In this document: in pieces, positions 8,701 through 16,310 of the stretch
Numbering within the stretch: position 1 is the first letter of the stretch
How the letters are laid out: each line of letters starts with the position of its first letter
From: a virus
Taxonomy: Duplodnaviria > Heunggongvirae > Uroviricota > Caudoviricetes
Direction: 5' to 3' (one strand)
Length of the DNA: 18,533 bases
IMG/VR virus record: IMGVR_UViG_2684622582_000009
Program-made: the position numbers and the translations under genes
Notes under the pieces: generated by a model
Database searches by the model: none
Told to the model about the DNA's origin: nothing
Seen by the model: only the letters and a program-made list of their open reading frames with translations

Positions 8701-8874
8701 TTACCCACGTCCAGTTAAAGTGTAAGCCAGCGCCTTATCCATTAATCCCCGAGCAATTTCGTGGATCGTTGGCGCAACTCCTACCTCTGATTTTTTACGC
8801 TGCTCCTCCTGAATTTTCTTTATCGCTTCCATTTGCTTCTCACTTATCAATACTGGCTTTACTGAAATAGCCAT
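8701..8874 (-). CDS. Small protein (57 aa), possible ribbon-helix-helix DNA-binding protein; first gene of the LexA-box operon
   Basis: Not in the ORF track because it is under 60 aa. The ATG at 8874 follows a strong Shine-Dalgarno AAGGGGG. Translation: MAISVKPVLISEKQMEAIKKIQEEQRKKSEVGVAPTIHEIARGLMDKALAYTLTGRG. A beta-strand-like VKPVLIS followed by two helical segments is compatible with an RHH fold, judged by eye only. Confidence 0.5.
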   Translation of the reverse strand: MAISVKPVLISEKQMEAIKKIQEEQRKKSEVGVAPTIHEIARGLMDKALAYTLTGRG

Positions 8875-8889
8875 AACGCCCCCTTAGAA

Positions 8890-8913
8890 CTGTATAAAAC
8901 AACAGTTATTATA
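8890..8913 (-). promoter_or_regulatory. Candidate SOS promoter: LexA box CTGTATAAAACAACAG (8890..8905) directly downstream of a perfect TATAAT -10 (minus strand, 8908..8913)
   Basis: Read directly: CTG-N10-CAG with an AT-rich spacer, flanked as AACTGT...ACAGTT like the dinD box. It sits 16 to 31 nt upstream of the 57-aa gene's ATG, a position typical of LexA operators overlapping the -10/+1 region. The -35 element is weak. Confidence 0.6.
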
Positions 8914-9196
8914 GTTTCACAAATCGCAATATTCATCATCGTAATTGCAAAATATGAAACAAATAGCACAAAAAAATGCCACCGCTCAGTAGCTGGTGGC
9001 ATCGTTCTGTGTGTCAGGTTTTGACAGGTTTTTTATGGACTCTAAAAACTATATTTATGGTGTCGCATTACTCTTCACGGCAGGCGCTTTTCAGTTCTGC
9101 CCTTGCTTCTGGCTCCATTGGTAATTTGATTCGCGATCAGCTATGCGGATGGTTTGCTGAACAGGCATAACAACTTCTCAGAGGCTGTTTTTTGAA

Positions 9197-9272
9197 CTAC
9201 GAAAATTTCGTAGTGCTCACTTTCAAAAACGTCACGCCCTTGTACACAGGATTTTACGAAAGTCTCGTAAAA
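9197..9272. promoter_or_regulatory. Two related palindromes, CTACGAAAATTTCGTAG (9197..9213) and TTTTACGAAAGTCTCGTAAAA (9252..9272); operator-like sites
   Basis: Read directly; both share a TACGAAA half-site and lie about 55 bp apart between the iteron array and the LexA-box promoter. They are AU-rich and lack a following T-tract, so they are unlikely to be terminators. Confidence 0.3.
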
Positions 9273-9322
9273 CACTCTCTGATGCCAGCCAGGTGTTGTG
9301 CGCATCAATTCAGTCACATTGT

Positions 9323-9440
9323 GTTGGTTCAAAATACCGTGTTGTTGGTTCAGTGTTGGTTCAATAAAAAGAATAAAATCCTTATAAAACAATACTCTTT
9401 ACAAATTGAACCAACTGAACCAACTGAACCAACACCTTTT
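9323..9440. repeat. Iteron array B: GTTGGTTCA at 9323..9331, 9344..9352 and 9355..9363, then three tandem TGAACCAAC (9407..9433); mirror image of array A
   Basis: Read directly. Positions 9395..9440 are the exact reverse complement of 1839..1884. The array lies immediately downstream of the primase-helicase gene, consistent with an origin-type alpha-binding site (inference). Confidence 0.7.
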
Positions 9441-9458
9441 CTACGCACATGAAGAAGT

Positions 9459-12215
9459 TCATTCTTCAGATGAGTTATAATCTCCTGGCTGGTAATTGAG
9501 TACATAAACGTTTATTTGTCGTCCCTGAATACGTGGTGATTTTCTTTGGTATCCACGACCGCTGTTTGGTGGGGTTAGCATCCCGGCTTTTTTCAACACT
9601 TCAGCAAACTGTTTTGCGTTGAAACCACATGCGATCTCCTTTTCAAATGTGGCCGGGAATGTGTAGAAAATCATTGGGCTTTCGTCATGTTCTCCACGCT
9701 GACGGTATCCGGCTAAATCTTTGATGGGCAAATCTGCCGGGCTGTATGGAAATGGAGCAAAACGGCTAAGCCCATAGGCATTAAGAAATGCCTCCGTTTG
9801 TTCAATAATCTGCTGATGCTCTTTGTTACCTGTGCCGAACTCGCGCAACCATGCGTTATAGCTGTGCTGTATCGCATCACGGCATGTCTGAGCATCCCAG
9901 CCTGTTACAACCTCGCCTAACAGCAATGCGGCCTCCAGAATGGCAAATCGCGCGGCTACACGGTGAACCTGCTCACCATAATCGGATGGGATCAGACTTC
10001 TCCATCTGCTTTCGCAGTCACGAACAGTTTTAATTGCCTGTTGCTGGTGGTCTGCCAGCCATTTAATCCACTCACGCCCGGCTGCGCCGTGGTGATGCTG
10101 GTAAGCGTCTTTCAGTGCGTCTGCGTGCTGTTTTCCGTTCTGGTAATCGTGAAAGCGTACTGCTTTACTCAACGGAATATTCAGCAGTCGCACCAGTTGC
10201 CCGGCTTTGGTTTTTCGCCCGGAAGTAGCGATAAATGTTTCTAAATCCATTTCTCCGGTGCTGATTGCCACTGTACGCCAGCGTTTTAGATCCCGGTTTC
10301 CACCATCTTTAGCGCCTTGCAGTTTCCCTACACCGTTAAATAACGCATAGGCAGACTGTGAAACACTGACAGGATCAGCGCCCTGACCAACTTCATCAAG
10401 CGGCATTAGTCCGTCATTGTGGGCGGCAGCTTCATTTGCCAGCCCCAGCGCGGTTCCGTACCATGTCAGCCGCAGTAAATCAGGGTTGCCGTATAAGCAG
10501 CTCGCCACGTTTGCCGTGGTGGTCTTACCTGCGCTCGACTGCTCATAGAAATGAATGCCGAACCCGTCAGCGCCCACCAGCCCAATCAATGGCGCTGCCA
10601 GTGCTGCGCCGATCCCGGTCATCATTGAATAGTTACCAAAGGCCAGACGCGCCACGTTATCACGCCAGCTTTTCGCGCTCCCTGAGACGGTATATCCGGC
10701 TGCGGCTGAGCTTCTCCCGCTGAACAGCACAGGATTTTCAGGTGTTCCGATGATTTCCCCATCAGGCATGATGTACGCTCCGCATTGCCAGCCAGTGGCA
10801 TGAGCAACACGCCACAATTCACGAGAGCCACTGCGTTGTAGCCAGTCTGCCAGTATTGCTCTGAGGCTGCTTTTGGTCGTGACATTTACCCCACCAGCTT
10901 TAAGTGTGCGCCATCCTTCACGTTCACCAATATCAGCCAGTGGAATGGCAGCGGTTGTCGGCGTTTCAGAACCAAACGACAGCCAGCGAAGAATGAGATA
11001 CTGGTCTTTATCGTCTCTGCCAGTACCGATAACGCTTAACGGAGAACATAACCAGCTTTCGTTATTGATGATTTCTCCACTCTGGCTGTCAGCTCTCGGA
11101 GATACCCAATAAATACCATCCTCGCGGCTTTCTATTCTTGGTTTCAGTGGGTCGGTATCCATAACCTTAAAATCGCTTCCCTCAATGGTCTGTGGCTCCT
11201 GTTTCACGCCATTACCCTGTGGTTGGTACATTGACTTATTGAACGCTTCTGTGGCGCATTTAATGCCGTGTTTTTGGTGGTAATCATTCCAGTCTGCTTT
11301 GTGATCTGTCGGGGGTAATGCCACCCATCCAGAAACAGATAAAGCTGCCTTTTCTGCTGCTATTCTCCCCGTGTTTTGTCTTACTTCGCTGTGGTCGTTA
11401 TCCGCAGCAATGATGATTTGTGCTGAAGGAAATTTATCCCGCAGTACCTGGGCGACATATAACAGGTTCCCGGCATCAATCGCCGCCACTGTCAGCGCCT
11501 CTGGACGAATTAAATGGGCAGATAATGCCGTTGCCAGCCCTTCTGCGATTAAGATGCTCTGTGTTGTTTCTGGTGCGTTTATGGCGTGATATGCCCCTCG
11601 CTTTGCTGAACCTGTCAGGAGTCTTTTTTCACCATGTGAGGTAATAGTCTGTGCTGCTGTTACTGCGCCGGATTTATCCACCAGCGCCAGCAACAGAGAT
11701 CCATCGGGCAACACGGGGAATGTAAAATCACCTACCCCTTTCGCAACCAGATAATCAGATTTGCCGTTTACAGCCTTTCTGCGCATGTCATCAAACTGAC
11801 GGGAAAACGTATCCCGTCTTTGTTGTTCGTCCTTCTCTGCCCTTTTCAGGCGCTCCTGTTCGCGTCGCTGGCGCTCGGTTTCCAGTTGTTCCCGTTTCTG
11901 GCTGGTGGCTTCTGGTGTTTCCGTTGTCCGGTAATCAATACCCAGAACATCAGCGGCAAGAAGCGCCGCCTCTGTTGTGTCGCAGTTATTTACGCGTTTA
12001 ATTAAATCCAGCCCATCACCAGCGCCGCACTGATTACAGATGAAGCTACCGCGCCCGTTGTCGTCGAACCGGAATCGATCTTTGCCCCCACATGCAGGGC
12101 AGGGAGCATGACGGCGCGGAGAGTCAGGGACATTTATGTTCAGACAGCACAGCACATGAGGCCAGTTGTTTTCAGACGCACTGATAACCTGACGGATAAG
12201 ATCAATGTTTCGCAT
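9459..12215 (-). CDS. P4 alpha-like primase-helicase (918 aa)
   Basis: N-terminal Cys4 zinc ribbon (CPACGG...CNQCG), a TOPRIM-like acidic segment (IIIAADNDH) and a Walker-A-like SSAGKTT in the C-terminal half. GGGGG Shine-Dalgarno upstream of the ATG at 12215. This architecture matches P4 alpha / D5-type primase-helicases as I recall them. Confidence 0.85.
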   Translation of the reverse strand: MRNIDLIRQVISASENNWPHVLCCLNINVPDSPRRHAPCPACGGKDRFRFDDNGRGSFICNQCGAGDGLDLIKRVNNCDTTEAALLAADVLGIDYRTTETPEATSQKREQLETERQRREQERLKRAEKDEQQRRDTFSRQFDDMRRKAVNGKSDYLVAKGVGDFTFPVLPDGSLLLALVDKSGAVTAAQTITSHGEKRLLTGSAKRGAYHAINAPETTQSILIAEGLATALSAHLIRPEALTVAAIDAGNLLYVAQVLRDKFPSAQIIIAADNDHSEVRQNTGRIAAEKAALSVSGWVALPPTDHKADWNDYHQKHGIKCATEAFNKSMYQPQGNGVKQEPQTIEGSDFKVMDTDPLKPRIESREDGIYWVSPRADSQSGEIINNESWLCSPLSVIGTGRDDKDQYLILRWLSFGSETPTTAAIPLADIGEREGWRTLKAGGVNVTTKSSLRAILADWLQRSGSRELWRVAHATGWQCGAYIMPDGEIIGTPENPVLFSGRSSAAAGYTVSGSAKSWRDNVARLAFGNYSMMTGIGAALAAPLIGLVGADGFGIHFYEQSSAGKTTTANVASCLYGNPDLLRLTWYGTALGLANEAAAHNDGLMPLDEVGQGADPVSVSQSAYALFNGVGKLQGAKDGGNRDLKRWRTVAISTGEMDLETFIATSGRKTKAGQLVRLLNIPLSKAVRFHDYQNGKQHADALKDAYQHHHGAAGREWIKWLADHQQQAIKTVRDCESRWRSLIPSDYGEQVHRVAARFAILEAALLLGEVVTGWDAQTCRDAIQHSYNAWLREFGTGNKEHQQIIEQTEAFLNAYGLSRFAPFPYSPADLPIKDLAGYRQRGEHDESPMIFYTFPATFEKEIACGFNAKQFAEVLKKAGMLTPPNSGRGYQRKSPRIQGRQINVYVLNYQPGDYNSSEE

Positions 12216-12227
12216 TCTGGCCCCCGT

Positions 12228-12830
12228 TTAGTGCGTCACTGGTGCTTCTGGGATGCCGTTTTCGTTTAGTTCGGCAATAAAGCTGTTGTGAAGATCGGCA
12301 AGCACTTCTCGCCCAAACGAAGTGAGTGTTCCCTGTTCGACATCGAACATGTTGCTGTAAAAAATGATGGCATTCTTTGTTCCGACATCAACACCATATT
12401 TCTCGATCATTGCGCCCTCAATGTTGTTTGCCATAGCGAGGCGCTCTGCTACTGGATACAGCGGCATGGCGACGATGCCATTGGAATAAACAGAAACCAC
12501 GGAATGATTGCCACTGTCATCAATAATGCTGACGGTGCCGTTTTCCTTTCTCATTTCATTGATGAATGCTGTTGCTATCAGCCAGCGCCACATAATCACG
12601 TGATGCTGTGATGTGTAATCGAAATATCCCTGGTTGCCGCCACTGGCAATAGCGAGATGTATAAACATGCCTTCATCTGGTTTATCGTCATAATCCCCGG
12701 CATCCAGACGATTTACGGCATCAATATATGAGACGGTCTCAACGCGTTCTGTCATGCCATCGTTGCTGCGATACATGATGTTTACGCCGTCAGGCGTTGC
12801 TTCTGCATGGAAAGTTAAGAAATTATTCAT
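12228..12830 (-). CDS. Hypothetical protein (200 aa from ATG 12830)
   Basis: The track ORF extends to 12935, but the ATG at 12830 has a GAGG Shine-Dalgarno and overlaps the stop of the upstream 73-aa gene, so I take 12830 as the start. No family recognised. Confidence 0.6.
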   Translation of the reverse strand: MNNFLTFHAEATPDGVNIMYRSNDGMTERVETVSYIDAVNRLDAGDYDDKPDEGMFIHLAIASGGNQGYFDYTSQHHVIMWRWLIATAFINEMRKENGTVSIIDDSGNHSVVSVYSNGIVAMPLYPVAERLAMANNIEGAMIEKYGVDVGTKNAIIFYSNMFDVEQGTLTSFGREVLADLHNSFIAELNENGIPEAPVTH

Positions 12831-13044
12831 GTTTCGCCTCGCCTGAATGATTCTGTAACTCATATTTGCCCAACAATTCGTCCGCTTCCTGAATAGCTTC
12901 TGGTACGCCATTGAGTAGTGACATAACCGCGCCAATCATTAACTTGTCTCTGTTGCTTGGGCTGGCCCCTTCAAGCCAGAACCCTAAAACAGTCTGAACC
13001 TGTTCGATGCGACATTGCGCTTCAATGAGCTGGATGTTGGTCAT
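12823..13044 (-). CDS. Small hypothetical protein (73 aa), coupled operon member
   Basis: Its ATG at 13044 overlaps the upstream gene's TGA in an ATGA arrangement. Part of a run of tightly coupled small genes upstream of the primase. Confidence 0.5.
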   Translation of the reverse strand: MTNIQLIEAQCRIEQVQTVLGFWLEGASPSNRDKLMIGAVMSLLNGVPEAIQEADELLGKYELQNHSGEAKHE

Positions 13045-13304
13045 TTCGCACTCTCCACATCGATTAAACTGATATCTATCAGGGAGGTAACTTTTTGTAG
13101 CCAGCTATTGATTACTGTCGCCTGTTCCCCTCCCACCGAGGGAATAATCTCATTCATCACATGAACCAGACCTGTGCGCGCTCTGGTAAGCCGTTCAGTC
13201 GCGCAATCTGCGGGAGTGAATGTGTCTGGATATGGCTCTTCACGCCCCAGCAATGATTCAATTTCCAGCTCACACGGATGACGATAAATTAAGTTGATAT
13301 TCAT
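13041..13304 (-). CDS. Small hypothetical protein (87 aa), coupled operon member
   Basis: ATGA start/stop overlap with the upstream gene at 13301..13304. Confidence 0.5.
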   Translation of the reverse strand: MNINLIYRHPCELEIESLLGREEPYPDTFTPADCATERLTRARTGLVHVMNEIIPSVGGEQATVINSWLQKVTSLIDISLIDVESAK

Positions 13305-13495
13305 TTTTCACCCCCAAGAATTACCAGCTCGGCACGGGCATCGTTAACCAAAGATGAGCACGCTTTAATCGCATCCACGACATCAGCAGCGTCCATTTCT
13401 TCAGCCGAAAGACTGACAGCAACCAGGACAGCCGCTGCTTGCTCGATTAATTGAAGTGCGGACGTAAGGCGAGGGGTATTAATTGAGTTATTCAT
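13301..13495 (-). CDS. Small hypothetical protein (64 aa from ATG 13495; [10 protein letters not shown]...)
   Basis: The ATG at 13495 overlaps the upstream gene's stop region (CCAATGAATAA). The track's longer 83-aa version would overlap the upstream gene extensively. Confidence 0.5.
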   Translation of the reverse strand: MNNSINTPRLTSALQLIEQAAAVLVAVSLSAEEMDAADVVDAIKACSSLVNDARAELVILGGEK

Positions 13496-13706
13496 TGGTT
13501 GCCCCCGTTTTGCATGGCATTTGTCCACCTTCCAGCAGGAAATGAACGTCACGAACGGCGAGATCCAATATCGCGAGTAACGCCTTCAGTTTTTCATCTC
13601 GTGAGGGAGAGTTGCTTGCCAGAATGTCGTTAATCACTTCTGTCAGTGTGATGATCTGGCTTGTGCGTTCGAGGGGATCCATATGCACATCGTAGGTTTT
13701 AATCAT
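13488..13706 (-). CDS. Small hypothetical protein (72 aa from ATG 13706; [15 protein letters not shown]...), in frame with and nested in the 355-aa ORF
   Basis: A strong Shine-Dalgarno GGAGGTGG lies immediately upstream of the ATG at 13706. The C-terminal part looks protein-like, whereas the middle of the 355-aa ORF does not. Confidence 0.45.
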   Translation of the reverse strand: MIKTYDVHMDPLERTSQIITLTEVINDILASNSPSRDEKLKALLAILDLAVRDVHFLLEGGQMPCKTGATNE

Positions 13707-14555
13707 GTGCCACCTCCATGCGGATACGACCAGCAAAAAAGCAGACGTGATCGCGCACCAGAGAAAGGCGAGCATCGCGTTCAGACTCGGCAGCAATATG
13801 ATGAATTTTGGCGGTAATTGTCGGGCAATCGCGGCGAACTGCGGCGATAATCCAGATAAATTGCGGTTTTTGGGTAGGGGTAGTAGCCAGCATGTGGCAG
13901 CCTCCTTCAGATAGCAGGTTACGCTACCACCGGAAACGCCAATTTCGCTGGTGGTAGCCCAGACAGGGTTGGCGTAACCGGCTCTGAAGGATACCGGCGC
14001 TTCCGAAGAAGCCCCCGCCTGAGCCACCATTGATTGACAAGGGCGCTGGATTATACACCAACGCCCAAAAAATGGGTGAGTCAGACCTACGACATAAAAA
14101 AAGACGCTCGGCGCGTCATATGTCGCCTTCAGAATTTTCAGGACGCCAATCCCGGCACCCGTTTTATGAGGTGCCTTATAACCATAAACCGTGTTGCCGC
14201 ATAACGGCAAGCTCTTTTTTATGGACTCCGAAAACTCACTATTGGAAGCACCAGATGCACAATACATCGCGCTTATTTCGTTAACGTCACGCGCGTGGAC
14301 GAAGGTTTTTGTGGAGTCACTACACGAGCAGAACAGGTCATCTACGACCAGAAATTCTCTGGCGCAGCCGCTGACCTTCTCAACGCTAACATCATCGACC
14401 GTAATTTCTGACATAGTTAAGGCATCCGCTCCTACCACCAGCAAATGATAAACTTTGCTTGTATCTGCTGTATTAATGCCTGACTTTGCCGCCATATTGC
14501 TGTATTTTGGCGACATGCCAGCCAGTGAAAATATCTTCTTCTGGACGGGTATCAT
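13488..14555 (-). CDS. 355-aa ORF of uncertain reality (possibly a genuine N-terminal gene plus read-through, or a region with non-coding function)
   Basis: The start at 14555 has a GGAGG Shine-Dalgarno and ATGA coupling to the upstream 59-aa gene, so translation probably initiates here. The central 150 or so residues are rich in W, C and P and look like a non-coding frame, and several opposite-strand ORFs overlap. Confidence 0.3.
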   Translation of the reverse strand: MIPVQKKIFSLAGMSPKYSNMAAKSGINTADTSKVYHLLVVGADALTMSEITVDDVSVEKVSGCAREFLVVDDLFCSCSDSTKTFVHARDVNEISAMYCASGASNSEFSESIKKSLPLCGNTVYGYKAPHKTGAGIGVLKILKATYDAPSVFFYVVGLTHPFFGRWCIIQRPCQSMVAQAGASSEAPVSFRAGYANPVWATTSEIGVSGGSVTCYLKEAATCWLLPLPKNRNLSGLSPQFAAIARQLPPKFIILLPSLNAMLAFLWCAITSAFLLVVSAWRWHMIKTYDVHMDPLERTSQIITLTEVINDILASNSPSRDEKLKALLAILDLAVRDVHFLLEGGQMPCKTGATNE

Positions 14556-14731
14556 TGGTTAACCTCCGTAAACTCCTTCATGAAACGCGCCAGCGGTTGT
14601 ACGCATGGCGATTGATACCCGTCGCGATAAAACGTCACTCGGTTGTGAGACACGCTTTCGACAGTAACGAGTGCTCCGTGGGCATCTTTGTAGCGTTTTT
14701 GAGGTTGTGGTGTTCCTGTTGGCTTAGACAT
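14552..14731 (-). CDS. Small hypothetical protein (59 aa; MSKPTGTPQPQKRYKDAHG...)
   Basis: The ATG at 14731 overlaps the antirepressor stop (ATGTCTAA). The track's 88-aa version would overlap the antirepressor gene by about 90 nt. Confidence 0.45.
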   Translation of the reverse strand: MSKPTGTPQPQKRYKDAHGALVTVESVSHNRVTFYRDGYQSPCVQPLARFMKEFTEVNQ

Positions 14732-15557
14732 TGACCGCCTCCAGACGCTTGGCGAGCCAGCGTTGCGACAGGCGGGTGAGTTCTCCTTTGCGCTGCTCAT
14801 ATTCCATGCCCATATCAATTAACGTGATATTGGTGCTTTCGAGATATGAGAGGTGCTCAAGTTGTTCTGCGTTCATATGGTCGCGAGGTTCGCCAGAATA
14901 GCCATTTATCCGCGCCCACTGCTTAGCAGTTAGCCCACCAAGAACGATACGAGAAATCATATTGCTCTCGTTTGTGTAGTGGTGTTGCTGCGTCGTTTTC
15001 CCCTGCTCGGCACGGGCCATATTCAGCGCATCGCACATTGGCTTAAAGTTGTTTGCGGCACTGAGACGGGCTTTTAGCTGGCGACGATAGCGGGCGGCGA
15101 TTTCAGGCACGCTACGCTGTAATTCTTCCTCGCACTGGATGAAATAACGACGGATAGCGCGACCCTGATCATTGCGTTCGATCATTGCCAGTTCTTTCGC
15201 CATTCCGACACTTAACAGATAGTCTTTACTGGGTCTGCCAGAGTGCTTAATCTTGCTGTAAGCCGCGCTATTCGGGCTTTTCCCCAAATTTGGGGAAATA
15301 GTTTTATGGACTGAGTAATCGTGCCCAATGGTGAAGTCATATTCAGAGATGCGATCAGTGATCCATGTAGAGAAGTCTTTTCCCACTCCCAACGCTTTGT
15401 GTAACGCTTTTGCGCTAACAATATTGGTTTCACGCCCACCTATATGACCAGAAATAACCGGGACAATTGCGGCAAATTCATTACCGTTAATTGTGCCCAG
15501 AGAGGCGTTCAGATGAGGGGCGGCCTCAGAAATTAATCTGCTTTTTTCGATGTTCAT
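14724..15557 (-). CDS. Phage antirepressor, AntA/Ant-type (277 aa)
   Basis: The N-terminal region (NIVSAKALHKALGVGKDFSTWITDRISEYDFTIGHDY) resembles the AntA-type antirepressor N-domain, and the central segment SVGMAKELAMIERNDQGRAIRRYFIQCEEEL resembles the antirepressor C-terminal region, both from recall. Confidence 0.7.
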   Translation of the reverse strand: MNIEKSRLISEAAPHLNASLGTINGNEFAAIVPVISGHIGGRETNIVSAKALHKALGVGKDFSTWITDRISEYDFTIGHDYSVHKTISPNLGKSPNSAAYSKIKHSGRPSKDYLLSVGMAKELAMIERNDQGRAIRRYFIQCEEELQRSVPEIAARYRRQLKARLSAANNFKPMCDALNMARAEQGKTTQQHHYTNESNMISRIVLGGLTAKQWARINGYSGEPRDHMNAEQLEHLSYLESTNITLIDMGMEYEQRKGELTRLSQRWLAKRLEAVNV

Positions 15558-15569
15558 TTTCAGTCTCCG

Positions 15570-16001
15570 TTAGGCGGCGTTAAACGCGTCCGGGTAGAGT
15601 TTCAGAATGTCGGCAATTTCCTGCTGAGAAAGTCCGTTGTGATCATTTATGTTCGCAAGATGGTTAACATGAGTGATCACTTTCAGAACATCACCACGGC
15701 AGGAGAAACGGTAGCGAAGGTGTGTTCCGATACCATCAGGATTCTTTTCGTCGATACGCTCCAGAGTGATTCCAAGCTGGCGTTCTAACTCTGTTGCATA
15801 GTTACGACCAGAAGACAGACGGCAGTAGCGAAGAATGTCATTTTCTGTCCATCCCTCTATACCAGTACGCAGCATATAGACTCGGGCACGATGCTTTTTC
15901 GGTGTGCGCTTTGGTGCTTGAAGGGATTTTGTAAGGGGCGTAATATCAGATACGCGAATATCTGAATTAGCCGCCTGTAATGGGCGGTTTTTCTTTTCCA
16001 T
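15570..16001 (-). CDS. Hypothetical protein (143 aa), coupled to alpA
   Basis: ATGA overlap with the alpA stop at 15999..16003. Basic N-terminus; no family recognised. Confidence 0.6.
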   Translation of the reverse strand: MEKKNRPLQAANSDIRVSDITPLTKSLQAPKRTPKKHRARVYMLRTGIEGWTENDILRYCRLSSGRNYATELERQLGITLERIDEKNPDGIGTHLRYRFSCRGDVLKVITHVNHLANINDHNGLSQQEIADILKLYPDAFNAA

Positions 16002-16204
16002 CAGGCCACCTTCCCGCGGCGTTCTGCCAGCCAGTTGTGAATCTCAACCGCATCAAACGCAGTTATTTTTTCTCCCAGCTTTACCGGACGTGGTAGTGAA
16101 CCGTTTCTTACTTTACGGTCGATGGTGGATACACTAACGCCCAGCAATTCAGCCAGGCGAAAGCGTCTGATATAGCCTTTTGTAGGGATAGTGTCGATGT
16201 TCAT
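16001..16204 (-). CDS. alpA: AlpA-family (phage Vis-like) transcriptional regulator (67 aa)
   Basis: The segment RLAELLGVSVSTIDRKVRNGSLPRPVKLGEKITAFDAVEIHNWL fits the AlpA helix-turn-helix pattern (L-x-E-x-x-G-x-S-x-STI-x-R ... P-x-P-V-K-L-G ... W) as I recall it. Its position just downstream of the integrase region is typical for P4-like and PICI elements. Confidence 0.8.
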   Translation of the reverse strand: MNIDTIPTKGYIRRFRLAELLGVSVSTIDRKVRNGSLPRPVKLGEKITAFDAVEIHNWLAERRGKVA

Positions 16205-16270
16205 GATTCCCGTAACCTCTTAGCGATAGTTGTTGCTTCGTTACGAGAAATCTAGCTGTATAGATATACA

Positions 16271-16299
16271 ATGAAAAGGTACTGTAATTTTGCAGTACC
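16271..16299 (-). terminator. Candidate intrinsic terminator after the 316-aa gene (palindrome GGTACTGTAATTTTGCAGTACC followed by a T-run on the minus strand)
   Basis: A near-perfect 7-bp-arm inverted repeat at 16278..16299 lies 12 nt downstream of the 316-aa stop. On the transcribed (minus) strand it is followed by TTTTCATT. It could alternatively be an operator. Confidence 0.35.
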
Positions 16300-16310
16300 T
16301 CTATAGTAAG

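Noticed and set aside
5159-8870. Plus-strand ORFs nested in the 701-aa and 488-aa genes and the 57-aa gene (5159..5380, 6338..6679, 6372..6557, 7615..7827, 8340..8561, 8637..8870) and minus-strand 7997..8212
   Set aside because: Antisense or out-of-frame shadows of long, coupled, well-supported genes.
8976-9452. ORFs 8976..9170 (+), 9141..9392 (-) and 9192..9452 (+) downstream of the primase gene
   Set aside because: The region is occupied by the SOS promoter, palindromic operator-like sites and the iteron array; the ORFs run through these repeats and lack ribosome-binding sites.
9713-12005. Short ORFs nested in the primase-helicase gene (9713..9895, 9851..10033, 9963..10244, 10436..10723, 10622..10885, 10873..11112, 11371..11589, 11420..11644, 11820..12005)
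   Set aside because: Embedded in a 918-aa gene with recognisable domains; alternative-frame artefacts.
12288-12611. Plus-strand ORF inside the 200-aa gene
   Set aside because: Antisense shadow ORF.
13699-14448. ORFs 13699..13893 (-), 13705..13914 (+), 14030..14284 (+) and 14191..14448 (+)
   Set aside because: They overlap the ambiguous 355-aa ORF region. None has a clear ribosome-binding site. They are left unresolved rather than called; see the finding on this region.
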